Part shown: piece after piece, positions 15,001-30,000 of the stretch
Layout: each line of letters starts with the position of its first letter
Position numbering within the stretch: the first letter of the stretch is position 1
Assembly (NCBI GenBank): GCA_964016885.1
Contig: OZ024745.1
Location: 31,806,001-31,870,000 of the forward strand
From: Eledone cirrhosa
Taxonomy: Eukaryota
Reading direction: 5' to 3'
Length of the DNA stretch: 64,000 nt
Notes under the pieces: model-generated
The model's input: only the letters and a program-made list of their open reading frames with translations
Database searches by the model: none
What the model was told of the DNA's origin: nothing
Position numbers and translations under genes: made by a program

Positions 15001-18000
15001 CGTCTCTAGTACCTACCGTTAAGTCACTGAGACAACCCAAGGCCAGGATCTCCACCGTCTCTAGTACCTACCGTTAAGTCACTGAGACAACCCAAGGCCA
15101 CGATCTCCACCGTCTCTAGTACCTACCGTTAAGTCACTGAGACAACCCAAAGCCACGATCTCCACTGTCTCTAGTACCTACCGTTAAGTCACTGAGACAA
15201 CCCAAGGCCACGATCTCCACCGTCTCTAGTACCTACCGTTAAGCCACTGAGACAACCCAAGGCCACGATATCCACCGTCTCTATTACCTACCGTTAGGCC
15301 ACTGAGACAACCCAAGGCCACGATCTCCACCGTCTCTAGTACCTACCGTTAAGTCACTGAGACAACCCAAGGCCAGGATATCCACCGTCTCTAGTACCTA
15401 CCGTTAAGTCACTGAGACAACCCAAGGCCACGATATCCACCGTCTCTAGTACCTACCGTTAAGTCACTGAGACAACCCAAGGCCACGATCTCCACCGTCT
15501 CTAGTACCTACCGTTAAGCCACTGAGACAACCCAAGGCCAGGATCTCCACCGTCTCTAGTACCTACCGTTAAGTCACTGAGACAACCCAAGGCCAGGATC
15601 TCCACCGTCTCTAGTACCTACCGTTAAGTCACTGAGACAACCCAAGGCCACGATCTCCACCGTCTCTAGTACCTACCGTTAAGTCACTGAGACAACCCAA
15701 AGCCACGATCTCCACTGTCTCTAGTACCTACCGTTAAGTCACTGAGACAACCCAAGGCCACGATCTCCACCGTCTCTAGTACCTACCGTTAAGCCACTGA
15801 GACAACCCAAGGCCACGATATCCACCGTCTCTATTACCTACCGTTAGGCCACTGAGACAACCCAAGGCCACGATCTCCACCGTCTCTAGTACCTACCGTT
15901 AAGTCACTGAGACAACCCAAGGCCAGGATATCCACCGTCTCTAGTACCTACCGTTAAGTCACTGAGACAACCCAAGGCCACGATCTCCACCGTCTCTAGT
16001 ACCTACCGTTAAGTCACTGAGACAACCCAAGGCCACGATCTCCACCGTCTCTAGTACCTACCGTTAAGCCACTGAGACAACCCAAGGCCAGGATCTCCAC
16101 CGTCTCTAGTACCTACCGTTAAGTCACTGAGACAACCCAAGGCCACGATCTCCACCGTCTCTAGTACCTACCGTTAAGTCACTGAGACAACCCAAGGCCA
16201 GGATCTCCACCGTCTCTAGTACCTACCGTTAAGCCACTGAGACAACCGAAGGCCAGGATCTCCACCGTCTCTAGTACCTACCGTTAAGTCACTGAGACAA
16301 CCCAAGGCCACGATCTCCACCGTCTCTAGTACCTACCGTTAAGTCACTGAGACAACCCAAGGCCAGGATCTCCACCGTCTCTAGTACCTACCGTTAAGTC
16401 ACTGAGACAACCCAAGGCCAGGATCTCCACCGTCTCTAGTACCTACCGTTAGGCCACTTAGACAACCCAAGGCCACGATCTCCACCGTCTCTAGTACCTA
16501 CCGTTAAGTCACTGAGACAACCCAAGGCCACGATATCCACCGTCTCTAGTACCTACCGTTAAGCCACTGAGACAACCCAAGGCCAGGATCTCCACCGTCT
16601 CTAGTACCTACCGTTAAGTCACTGAGACAACCCAAGGCCACGATATCCACCGTCTCTAGTACCTACCGTTAAGCCACTGAGACAACCCAAGGCCACGATC
16701 TCCACCGTCTCTAGTACCTACCGTTAAGTCACTGAGACAACCCAAGGCCACGATCTCCACCGTCTCTAGTACCTACCGTTAAGTCACTGAGACAACCCAA
16801 AGCCACGATCTCCACTGTCTCTAGTACCTACCGTTAAGTCACTGAGACAACCCAAGGCCACGATCTCCACCGTCTCTAGTACCTACCGTTAAGCCACTGA
16901 GACAACCCAAGGCCACGATATCCACCGTCTCTATTACCTACCGTTAGGCCACTGAGACAACCCAAGGCCACGATCTCCACCGTCTCTAGTACCTACCGTT
17001 AAGTCACTGAGACAACCCAAGGCCAGGATATCCACCGTCTCTAGTACCTACCGTTAAGTCACTGAGACAACCCAAGGCCACGATATCCACCGTCTCTAGT
17101 ACCTACCGTTAGGCCACTGAGACAACCCAAGGCCACGATCTCCACCGTCTCTAGTACCTACCGTTAAGCCACTGAGACAACCCAAGGCCACGATATCCAC
17201 CGTCTCTAGTACCTACCGTTAAGTCACTGAGACAACCCAAGGCCACGATATCCACCGTCTCTAGTACCTACCGTTAAGTCACTGAGACAACCCAAGGCCA
17301 GGATATCCACCGTCTCTAGTACCTACCGTTAAGTCACTGAGACAACCCAAGGCCACGATATCCACCGTCTCTAGTACCTACCGTTAAGCCACTGAGACAA
17401 CCCAAGGCCACGATATCCACCGTCTCTAGTACCTACCGTTAAGTCACTGAGACAACCCAAGGCTAGGATATCCACCGTCTCTAGTACCTACCGTTAAGTC
17501 ACTGAGACAACCCAAGGCCAGGATATCCACCGTCTCTAGTACCTACCGTTAAGCCACTGAGACAACCCAAGGCCACAATATCCACCGTCTCTAGAACCTA
17601 CCGTTAAGCCACTGAGACAACCCAAGGCCACGATATCCACCGTCTCTAGTACCTACCGTTAAGTCACTGAGACAACCCAAGGCCACGATATCCACCGTCT
17701 CTAGTACCTACCGTTAAGCCACTGAGACAACCCAAGGCCACGATATCCACCGTCTCTAGTACCTACCGTTAAGCCACTGAGACAACCCAAGGCCACGATA
17801 TCCACCGTCTCTAGTACCTACCGTTAAGTCACTGAGACAACCCAAGGCCACGATCTCCACCGTCTCTAGTACCTACCGTTAAGTCACTGAGACAACCCAA
17901 GGCCACGATATCCACCGTCTCTAGTACCTACCGTTAAGTCACTGAGACAACCCAAGGCCACGATATCCACCGTCTCTAGTACCTACCGTTAAGCTACTGA

Positions 18001-21000
18001 GACAACCCAAGGCCAGGATCTCCACCGTCTCTAGTACCTACCGTTAAGCTACTGAGACAACCCAAGGCCAGGATCTCCACCGTCTCTAGTACCTACCGTT
18101 AAGTCACTGAGACAACCCAAGGCCACGATATCCACCGTCTCTAGTACCTACCGTTAAGTCACTGAGACAAGCCAAGGCCAGGATCTCCACCGTCTCTAGT
18201 ACCTACCGTTAAGTCACTGAGACAACCCAAGGCCAGGATCTCCACCGTCTCTAGTACCTACCGTTAAGTCACTGAGACAACCCAAGGCCACGATATCCAC
18301 CGTCTCTAGTACCTACCGTTAAGCCACTGAGACAACCCAAGGCCAGGATCTCCACCATCTCTAGTACCTACCATTAAGCTACTGAGACAACCCAAGGCCA
18401 GGATCTCCACCGTCTCTAGTACCTACCGTTAAGTCACTGAGACAACCCAAGGCCACGATATCCACCGTCTCTAGTACCTACCGTTAATCCACTGAGACAA
18501 CCCAAGGCCAGGATATCCACCATCTCTAGTACCTACCGTTAAGCTACTGAGACAACCCAAGGCCAGGATCTCCACCGTCTCTAGTACCTACCGTTAAGTC
18601 ACTGAGACAACCCAAGGCCACGATCTCCACCGTCTCTAGTACCTACCGTTAAGTCACTGAGACAACCCAAGGCCACGATATCCACCGTCTCTAGTACCTA
18701 CCGTTAAGTCACTGAGACAACCCAAGGCTAGGATCTCCACCGTCTCTAGTACCTACCGTTAAGTCACTGAGACAACCCAAGGCCACGATATCCACCGTCT
18801 CTAGTACCTACCGTTAGGCCACTGAGACAACCCAAGGCTAGGATCTCCACCGTCTCTAGTACCTACCGTTAAGCCACTGAGAAAACCCAAGGCTAGGTTC
18901 TCCACCGTCTCTAGTACCTACCGTTAAGTCACTGAGACAACCCAAGGCCAGGATATCCACCGTCTCTAGTACCTACCGTTAGGCCACTGAGACAACCCAA
19001 GGCCACGATCTCCACCGTCTCTAGTACCTACCGTTAAGCCACTGAGACAACCCAAGGCCAGGATATCCACCGTCTCTAGTACCTACCGTTAGGCCACTGA
19101 GACGACCCAAGGCCACGATATCCACCGTCTCTAGTACCTACCGTTAAGCCACTGAGACAACCCAAGGCCACGATATCCACCGTCTCTAGTACCTACCGTT
19201 AAGTCACTGAGACAACCCAAGGCCACGATATCCACCGTCTCTAGCACCTACCGTTAGGCCACTGAGACAACCCAAGGCCACGATCTCCACCGTCTCTAGT
19301 ACCTACCGTTAAGCCACTGAGACAACCCAAGGCCAGGATATCCACCGTCTCTAGTACCTACCGTTAGGCCACTGAGACAACCCAAGGCCACGATATCCAC
19401 CGTCTCTAGTACCTACCGATAAGCCACTGAGACAACCCAAGGCCACGATATCCACCGTCTCTAGTACCTACCGTTAAGTCACTGAGACAACCCAAGGCCA
19501 CGATATCCACCGTCTCTAGCACCTACCGTTAGGCCACTGAGACAACCCAAGGCCACGATATCCACCGTCTCTAGTACCTACCGTTAAGTCACTGAGACAA
19601 CCCAAGGCCACGATATCCACCGTCTCTAGTACCTACCGTTAAGCCACTGAGACAACCCAAGGCCAGGATCTCCACCGTCTCTAGTACCTACCGTTAAGTC
19701 ACTGAGACAACCCAAGGCCAGGATCTCCACCGTCTCTAGTACCTACCGTTAAGCCACTGAGACAACCCAAGGCTAGGATCTCCACCGTCTCTAGTACCTA
19801 CCGTTAGGCCACTGAGACAACCCAAGGCCAGGATCTCCACCGTCTCTAGTACCTACCGTTAGGCCCCTGAGACAACCCAAGGCCAGGATCTCCACTGTCT
19901 CTAGTACCTACCGTTAAGTCACTGAGACAACCCAAGGCCAGGATCTCCACCGTCTCTAGTACCTACCGTTAAGTCACTGAGACAACCCAAGGCCACGATA
20001 TCCACCGTCTCTAGTACCTACCGTTAGGCCACTGAGACAACCCAAGGCCAGGATCTCCACCGTCTCTAGTACCTACCGTTAAGTCAGTGAGACAACCCAT
20101 GGCCAGGATCTCCACCGTCTCTAGTACCTACCGTTAAGTCACTGAGACAACCCAAGGCCAGGATATCCACCGTCTCTAGTACCTACCGTTAAGTCACTGA
20201 GACAACCCAAGGCCACGATATCCACCGTCTCTAGTACCTACCGTTAAGTCACTGAGACAACCCAAGGCCAGGATCTCCACCGTCTCTAGTACCTACCGTT
20301 AAGTCAATGAGACAACCCAAGGCCACGATATCCACCGTCTCTAGTACCTACCGTTAAGTCACTGAGACAACCCAAGGCCACGATATCCACCGTCTCTAGT
20401 ACCTACCGTTAAGTCACTGAGACAACCCAAGGCCACGATCTCCACCGTCTCTAGTACCTACCGTTAAGTCACTGAGACAACCCAAGGCCACGATATCCAC
20501 CGTCTCTAGTACCTACCGTTAAGTCACTGAGACAACCCAAGGCCACGATCTCCACCGTCTCTAGTACCTACCGTTAAGCCACTGAGACAACCCAAGGCCA
20601 GGATCTCCACCGTCTCTAGTACCTACCGTTAAGTCACTGAGACAACCCAAGGCCACGATCTCCACCGTCTCTAGTACCTACCGTTAAGTCACTGAGACAA
20701 CCCAAGGCCAGGATCTCCACCGTCTTTAGTACCTACCGTTAAGCCACTGAGACAACCCAAGGCCAGGATCTCCACCGTCTCTAGTACCTACCGTTAAGTC
20801 ACTGAGACAACCCAAGTCCACGATCTCCACCGTCTCTAGTACCTACCGTTAAGTCACTGAGACAACCCAAGGCCAGGATCTCCACCGTCTCTAGTACCTA
20901 CCGTTAAGTCACTGAGACAACCCAAGGCCAGGATCTCCACCGTCTCTAGTACCTACCGTTAGGCCACTGAGACAACCCAAGGCCACGATCTCCACCGTCT

Positions 21001-24000
21001 CTAGTACCTACCGTTAAGCCACTGAGACAACCCAAGGCCACGATATCCACCGTTTCTAGTACCCGCCGTTAAGCCACTGAGACAACCCAAGGCCACGATA
21101 TCCACCGTCTCTAGTACCTACCGTTAAGCCACTGAGACAACCCAAGGCCAGGATCTCCACCGTCTCTAGTACCTACCGTTAAGTCACTGAGACAACCCAA
21201 GGCCAGTATATCCACCGTCTCTAATACCTACCGTTAAGCCACTGAGACAACCCAAGGCCAGGATATCCACCGTCTCTAGTACCTACCGTTAAGTCACTGA
21301 GACAACCCAAGGCCAGGATATCCACCGTCTCTAGTACCTACCGTTAAGCCACTGAGACAACCCAAGGCCAGGATATCCACCGTCTCTAGTACCTACCGTT
21401 AAGTCACTGAGACAACCCAAGGCCAGGATATCCACCGTCTCTAGTACCTACCGTTAAGCCACTGAGACACCCCAAGGCCAGGATATCCACCGTCTCTAGT
21501 ACCTACCGTTAGGCCACTGAGACAACCCAAGGCCAGGATATCCACCGTCTCTAGTACCTACCGTTAAGTCACTGAGACAACCCAAGGCCAGGATATCCAC
21601 CGTCTCTAGTACCTACCGTTAAGCCACTGAGACAACCCAAGGCTAGGATCTCCACCGTCTCTAGTACCTACCGTTAAGTCACTGAGACAACCCAAGGCCA
21701 GGATATCCACCGTCTCTAGTACCTACCGTTAAGTCACTGAGACAACCCAAGGCCAGGATATCCACCGTCTCTAGTACCTACCGTTAGGCCACTGAGACAA
21801 CCCAAGGCCAGGATATCCACCGTCTCTAGTACCTACCGTTAAGTCACTGAGACAACCCAAGGCCAGGATATCCACCGTCTCTAGTACCTACCGTTAGGCC
21901 ACTGAGACAACCCAAGGCCAGGATATCCACCGTCTCTAGTACCTACCGCTAAGCCACTGAGACAACCCAAGGCTAGGATCTCCACCGTCTCTAGTACCTA
22001 CCGTTAAATCACTGAGACAACCCAAGGCCAGGATATCCACCGTCTCTAGTACCTACCGTTAAGTCACTGAGACAACCCAAGGCCAGGATCTCCACCGTCT
22101 CTAGTACCTACCGTTAAGCCACCGAGACAACCGAAGGCCACGATCTCCACCGTCTCTAGTACCTACCGTTAAGCCACTGAGACAACCCAAGGCCACGATA
22201 TCCACCGTCTCTAGTACCTACCGTTAAGCCACTGAGACAACCCAAGGCCACGATATCCACCGTCACTAGTACCTACCGTTAAGTCACTGAGACAACCCAA
22301 GGCCAGGATATCCACCGTCTCTAGTACCTACCGTTAAGTCACTGAGACAACCCAAGGCCAGGATATCCACCGTCTCTAGTACCTACCGTTAAGCCACTGA
22401 GACAACCCAAGGCTAGGATCTCCACCGTCTCTAGTACCTACCGTTAGGCCACTGAGACAACCCAAGGCCAGGATCTCCACCGTCTCTAGTACCTACCGTT
22501 AGGCCACTGAGACAACCCAAGGCCAGGATCTCCACCGTCTCTAGTACCTACCGTTAAGTCACTGAGACAACCCAAGGCCAGGATCTCCACCGTCTCTAGT
22601 ACCTACCGTTAAGTCACTGAGACAACCCAAGGCCACGATCTCCACCGTCTCTAGTACCTACCGTTAGGCCACTGAGACAACCCAAGGCCAGGATCTCCAC
22701 CGTCTCTAGTACCTACCGTTAAGTCACTGAGACAACCCAAGGCCAGGATCTCCACCGTCTCTAGTACCTACCGTTAAGTCACTGAGACAACCCAAGGCCA
22801 GGATATCCACCGTCTCTAGTACCTACCGTTAAGTCACTGAGACAACCCAAGGCCACGATATCCACCGTCTCTAGTACCTACCGTTAAGTCACTGAGACAA
22901 CCCAAGGCCAGGATCTCCACCGTCTCTAGTACCTACCGTTAAGTCACTGAGACAACCCAAGGCCACGATATCCACCGTCTCTAGTACCTACCGTTAAGTC
23001 ACTGAGACAACCCAAGGCCACGATCTCCACCGTCTCTAGTACCTACCGTTAAGTCACTGAGACAACCCAAGGCCACGATCTCCACCGTCTCTAGTACCTA
23101 CCGTTAAGTCACTGAGACAACCCAAGGCCACGATCTCCACCGTCTCTAGTACCTACCGTTAAGCCACTGAGACAACCCAAGGCCAGGATCTCCACCGTCT
23201 CTAGTACCTACCGTTAAGTCACTGAGACAACCCAAGGCCACGATCTCCACCGTCTCTAGTACCTACCGTTAAGTCACTGAGACAACCCAAGGCCAGGATC
23301 TCCACCGTCTCTAGTACCTACCGTTAAGCCACTGAGACAACCCAAGGCCAGGATCTCCACCGTCTCTAGTATCTACCGTTAAGTCACTGAGACAACCCAA
23401 GGCCACGATCTCCACCGTCTCTAGTACCTACCGTTAAGTCACTGAGACAACCCAAGGCCAGGATCTCCACCGTCTCTAGTACCTACCGTTAAGTCACTGA
23501 GACAACCCAAGGCCAGGATCTCCACCGTCTCTAGTACCTACCGTTAGGCCACTGAGACAACCCAAGGCCACGATCTCCACCGTCTCTAGTACCTACCGTT
23601 AAGCCACTGAGACAACCCAAGGCCACGATATCCACCGTTTCTAGTACCTGCCGTTAAGCCACTGAGACAACCCAAGGCCACGATATCCACCGTCTCTAGT
23701 ACCTACCGTTAAGCCACTGAGACAACCCAAGGCCAGGATCTCCACCGTCTCTAGTACCTACCGTTAAGTCACTGAGACAACCCAAGGCCAGTATATCCAC
23801 CGTCTCTAATACCTACCGTTAAGCCACTGAGACAACCCAAGGCCAGGATATCCACCGTCTCTAGTACCTACCGTTAAGTCACTGAGACAACCCAAGGCCA
23901 GGATATCCACCGTCTCTAGTACCTACCGTTAAGCCACTGAGACAACCCAAGGCCAGGATATCCACCGTCTCTAGTACCTACCGTTAAGTCACTGAGACAA

Positions 24001-27000
24001 CCCAAGGCCAGGATATCCACCGTCTCTAGTACCTACCGTTAAGCCACTGAGACACCCCAAGGCCAGGATATCCACCGTCTCTAGTACCTACCGTTAGGCC
24101 ACTGAGACAACCCAAGGCCAGGATATCCACCGTCTCTCGTACCTACCGTTAAGTCACTGAGACAACCCAAGGCCAGGATATCCACCGTCTCTAGTACCTA
24201 CCGTTAAGCCACTGAGACAACCCAAGGCTAGGATCCCCACCGTCTCTAGTACCTACCGTTAAGTCACTGAGACAACCCAAGGCCAGGATATCCACCGTCT
24301 CTAGTACCTACCGTTAAGTCACTGAGACAACCCAAGGCCAGGATATCCACCGTCTCTAGTACCTACCGTTAAGCCACTGAGACAACCCAAGGCTAGGATC
24401 TCCACCGTCTCTAGTACCTACCGTTAGGCCACTGAGACAACCCAAGGCCAGGATCTCCACCGTCTCTAGTACCTACCGTTAGGCCACTGAGACAACCCAA
24501 GGCCAGGATCTCCACCGTCTCTAGTACCTACCGTTAAGTCACTGAGACAACCCAAGGCCAGGATCTCCACCGTCTCTAGTACCTACCGTTAAGTCACTGA
24601 GACAACCCAAGGCCACGATCTCCACCGTCTCTAGTACCTACCGTTAGGCCACTGAGACAACCCAAGGCCAGGATCTCCACCGTCTCTAGTACCTACCGTT
24701 AAGTCACTGAGACAACCCAAGGCCAGGATCTCCACCGTCTCTAGTACCTACCGTTAAGTCACTGAGACAACCCAAGGCCAGGATATCCACCGTCTCTAGT
24801 ACCTACCGTTAAGTCACTGAGACAACCCAAGGCCACGATATCCACCGTCTCTAGTACCTACCGTTAAGTCACTGAGACAACCCAAGGCCAGGATCTCCAC
24901 CGTCTCTAGTACCTACCGTTAAGTCACTGAGACAACCCAAGGCCACGATATCCACCGTCTCTAGTACCTACCGTTAAGTCACTGAGACAACCCAAGGCCA
25001 CGATCTCCACCGTCTCTAGTACCTACCGTTAAGTCACTGAGACAACCCAAGGCCACGATCTCCACCGTCTCTAGTACCTACCGTTAAGTCACTGAGACAA
25101 CCCAAGGCCACGATCTCCACCGTCTCTAGTACCTACCGTTAAGCCACTGAGACAACCCAAGGCCAGGATCTCCACCGTCTCTAGTACCTACCGTTAAGTC
25201 ACTGAGACAACCCAAGGCCACGATCTCCACCGTCTCTAGTACCTACCGTTAAGTCACTGAGACAACCCAAGGCCAGGATCTCCACCGTCTCTAGTACCTA
25301 CCGTTAAGCCACTGAGACAACCCAAGGCCAGGATCTCCACCGTCTCTAGTACCTACCGTTAAGTCACTGAGACAACCCAAGGCCAGGATCTCCACCGTCT
25401 CTAGTACCTACCGTTAAGTCACTGAGACAACCCAAGGCCAGGATCTCCACCGTCTCTAGTACCTACCGTTAGGCCACTGAGACAACCCAAGGCCACGATC
25501 TCCACCGTCTCTAGTACCTACCGTTAAGCCACTGAGACAACCCAAGGCCACGATATCCACCGTTTCTAGTACCTGCCGTTAAGCCACTGAGACAACCCAA
25601 GGCCACGATATCCACCGTCTCTAGTACCTACCGTTAAGCCACTGAGACAACCCAAGGCCAGGATCTCCACCGTCTCTAGTACCTACCGTTAAGTCACTGA
25701 GACAACCCAAGGCCAGTATATCCACCGTCTCTAATACCTACCGTTAAGCCACTGAGACAACCCAAGGCCAGGATATCCACCGTCTCTAGTACCTACCGTT
25801 AAGTCACTGAGACAACCCAAGGCCAGGATATCCACCGTCTCTAGTACCTACCGTTAAGCCACTGAGACAACCCAAGGCCAGGATATCCACCGTCTCTAGT
25901 ACCTACCGTTAAGTCACTGAGACAACCCAAGGCCAGGATATCCACCGTCTCTAGTACCTACCGTTAAGCCACTGAGACACCCCAAGGCCAGGATATCCAC
26001 CGTCTCTAGTACCTACCGTTAGGCCACTGAGACAACCCAAGGCCAGGATATCCACCGTCTCTCGTACCTACCGTTAAGTCACTGAGACAACCCAAGGCCA
26101 GGATATCCACCGTCTCTAGTACCTACCGTTAAGCCACTGAGACAACCCAAGGCTAGGATCTCCACCGTCTCTAGTACCTACCGTTAAGTCACTGAGACAA
26201 CCCAAGGCCAGGATATCCACCGTCTCTAGTACCTACCGTTAAGTCACTGAGACAACCCAAGGCCAGGATATCCACCGTCTCTAGTACCTACCGTTAGGCC
26301 ACTGAGACAACCCAAGGCCAGGATATCCACCGTCTCTAGTACCTACCGTTAAGTCACTGAGACAACCCAAGGACAGGATATCCACCGTCTCTAGTACCTA
26401 CCGTTAGGCCACTGAGACAACCCAAGGCTAGGATCTCCACCGTCTCTAGTACCTACCGTTAAGCCACTGAGACAACCCAAGGCTAGGATCTCCACCGTCT
26501 CTAGTACCTACCGTTAAATCACTGAGACAACCCAAGGCCAGGATATCCACCGTCTCTAGTACCTACCGTTAAGTCACTGAGACAACCCAAGGCCAGGATA
26601 TCCACCGTCTCTAGTACCTACCGTTAAGTCACTGAGACAACCCAAGGCCAGGATATCCACCGTCTCTAGTACCTACCGTTAGGCCACTGAGACAACCCAA
26701 GGCCACGATCTCCACCGTCTCTAGTACCTACCGTTAAGCCACTGAGACAACCCAAGGCCACGATCTCCACCGTCTCTAGTACCTACCGTTAAGCCACTGA
26801 GACAACCCAAGGCCACGATATCCACCGTCTCTAGTACCTACCGTTAAGCCACTGAGACAACCCAAGGCCACGATATCCACCGTCTCTAGTACCTACCGTT
26901 AAGTCACTGAGACAACCCAAGGCCAGGATATCCACCGTCTCTAGTACCTACCGTTAAGTCACTGAGACAACCCAAGGCCAGGATATCCACCGTCTCTAGT

Positions 27001-30000
27001 ACCTACCGTTAGGCCACTGAGACAACCCAAGGCCAGGATATCCACCGTCTCTAGTATCTACCGTTAAGTCACTGAGACAACCCAAGGCCAGGATATCCAC
27101 CGTCTCTAGTACCTACCGTTAGGCCACTGAGACAACCCAAGGCTAGGATCTCCACCGTCTCTAGTACCTACCGTTAAGCCACTGAGACAACCCAAGGCTA
27201 GGATCTCCACCGTCTCTAGTACCTACCGTTAAATCACTGAGACAACCCAAGGCCAGGATATCCACCGTCTCTAGTACCTACCGTTAAGTCACTGAGACAA
27301 CCCAAGGCCAGGCTATCCACCGTCTCTAGTACCTACCGTTAAGTCACTGAGACAACCCAAGGCCAGGATATCCACCGTCTCTAGTACCTACCGTTAGGCC
27401 ACTGAGACAACCCAAGGCCACGATCTCCACCGTCTCTAGTACCTACCGTTAAGCCACTGAGACAACCCAAGGCCACGATCTCCACCGTCTCTAGTACCTA
27501 CCGTTAAGCCACTGAGACAACCCAAGGCCAAGATATCCACCGTCTCTAGTACCTACCGTTAAGCCACTGAGACAACCCAAGGCCACGATATCCACCGTCT
27601 CTAGTACCTACCGTTAAGCCACTGAGACAACCCAAGGCCACGATCTCCACCGTCTCTAGTACCTACCGTTAAGCCACTGAGACAACCCAAGGCCACGATA
27701 TCCACCGTCTCTAGTACCTACCGTTAAGCCACTGAGACAACCCAAGGCCACGATATCCACCGTCTCTAGTACCTACCGTTAAGTCACTGAGACAACCCAA
27801 GGCCACGATATCCACCGTCTCTAGTACCTACCGTTAAGTCACTGAGACAACCCAAGGCCACGATATCCACCGTCTCTAGTACCTACCGTTAAGTCACTGA
27901 GACAACCCAAGGCCAGGATATCCACCGTCTCTAGTACCTACCGTTAAGACACTGAGACAACCCAAGGCCACGATATCCACCGTCTCTAGTACCTACCGTT
28001 AAGTCACTGAGACAACCCAAGGCCACGATATCCACCGTCTCTAGCACCTACCGTTAGGCCACTGAGACAACCCAAGGCCACGATATCCACCGTCTCTAGT
28101 ACCTACCTTTAAGCCACTGAGACAACCCAAGGCCACGATATCCACCGTCTCTAGCACCTACCGTTAAGTCACTGAGACAACCCAAGGCCACGATATCCAC
28201 CGTCTCTAGTACCTACCGTTAAGCCACTGAGACAACCCAAGGCCAGGATCTCCACCGTCTCTAGTACCTACCGTTAAGTCACTGAGACAACCCAAGGCCA
28301 GGATCTCCACCGTCTCTAGTACCTACCGTTAAGCCACTGAGACAACCCAAGGCTAGGATCTCCACCGTCTCTAGTACCTACCGTTAGGCCACTGAGACAA
28401 CCCAAGGCCAGGATCTCCACCGTCTCTAGTACCTACCGTTAGGCCACTGAGACAACCCAAGGCCAGGATCTCCACCGTCTCTAGTACCTACCGTTAAGTC
28501 ACTGAGACAACCCAAGGCCAGGATCTCCACCGTCTCTAGTACCTACCGTTAAGTCACTGAGACAACCCAAGGCCACGATATCCACCGTCTCTAGTACCTA
28601 CCGTTAAGCCACTGAGACAACCCAAGGCCACGATATCCACCGTCTCTAGTACCTACCGTTAAGTCACTGAGACAACCCAAGGCCACGATATCCACCGTCT
28701 CTAGTACCTACCGTTAAGCCACTGAGACAACCCAAGGCCAGGATCTCCACCGTCTCTAGTACCTACCGTTAAGTCACTGAGACAACCCAAGGCCAGGATC
28801 TCCACCGTCTCTAGTACCTACCGTTAAGCTACTGAGACAACCCAAGGCTAGGATCTCCACCGTCTCTAGTACCTACCGTTAGGCCACTGAGACAACCCAA
28901 GGCCAGGATCTCCACCGTCTCTAGTACCTACCGTTAGGCCACTGAGACAACCCAAGGCCAGGATCTCCACCGTCTCTAGTACCTACCGTTAAGTCACTGA
29001 GACAACCCAAGGCCAGGATCTCCACCGTCTCTAGTACCTACCGTTAAGTCACTGAGACAACCCAAGGCCACGATCTCCACCGTCTCTAGTACCTACCGTT
29101 AGGCCACTGAGACAACCCAAGGCCAGGATCTCCACCGTCTCTAGTACCTACCGTTAAGTCACTGAGACAACCCAAGGCCACGATATCCACCGTCTCTAGT
29201 ACCTACCGTTAAGTCACTGAGACAACCCAAGGCCACGATCTCCACCGTCTCTAGTACCTACCGTTAAGTCACTGAGACAACCCAAGGCCACGATCTCCAC
29301 CGTCTCTAGTACCTACCGTTAAGTCACTGAGACAACCCAAGGCCACGATCTCCACCGTCTCTAGTACCTACCGTTAAGTCACTGAGACAACCCAAGGCCA
29401 GGATCTCCACCGTCTCTAGTACCTACCGTTAAGTCACTGAGACAACCCAAGGCCAGGATCTCCACCGTCTCTAGTACCTACCGTTAGGCCACTGAGACAA
29501 CCCAAGGCCACGATCTCCACCGTCTCTAGTACCTACCGTTAAGCCACTGAGACAACCCAAGGCCACGATATCCACCGTTTCTAGTACCTGCCGTTAAGCC
29601 ACTGAGACAACCCAAGGCCACGATATCCACCGTCTCTAGTACCTACCGTTAAGCCACTGAGACAACCCAAGGCCAGGATCTCCACCGTCTCTAGTACCTA
29701 CCGTTAAGTCACTGAGACAACCCAAGGCCAGTATATCCACCGTCTCTAATACCTACCGTTAAGCCACTGAGACAACCCAAGGCCAGGATATCCACCGTCT
29801 CTAGTACCTACCGTTAAGTCACTGAGACAACCCAAGGCCAGGATATCCACCGTCTCTAGTACCTACCGTTAAGCCACTGAGACAACCCAAGGCCAGGATA
29901 TCCACCGTCTCTAGTACCTACCGTTAAGTCACTGAGACAACCCAAGTCCAGGATATCCACCGTCTCTAGTACCAACCGTTAAGCCACTGAGACAACCCAA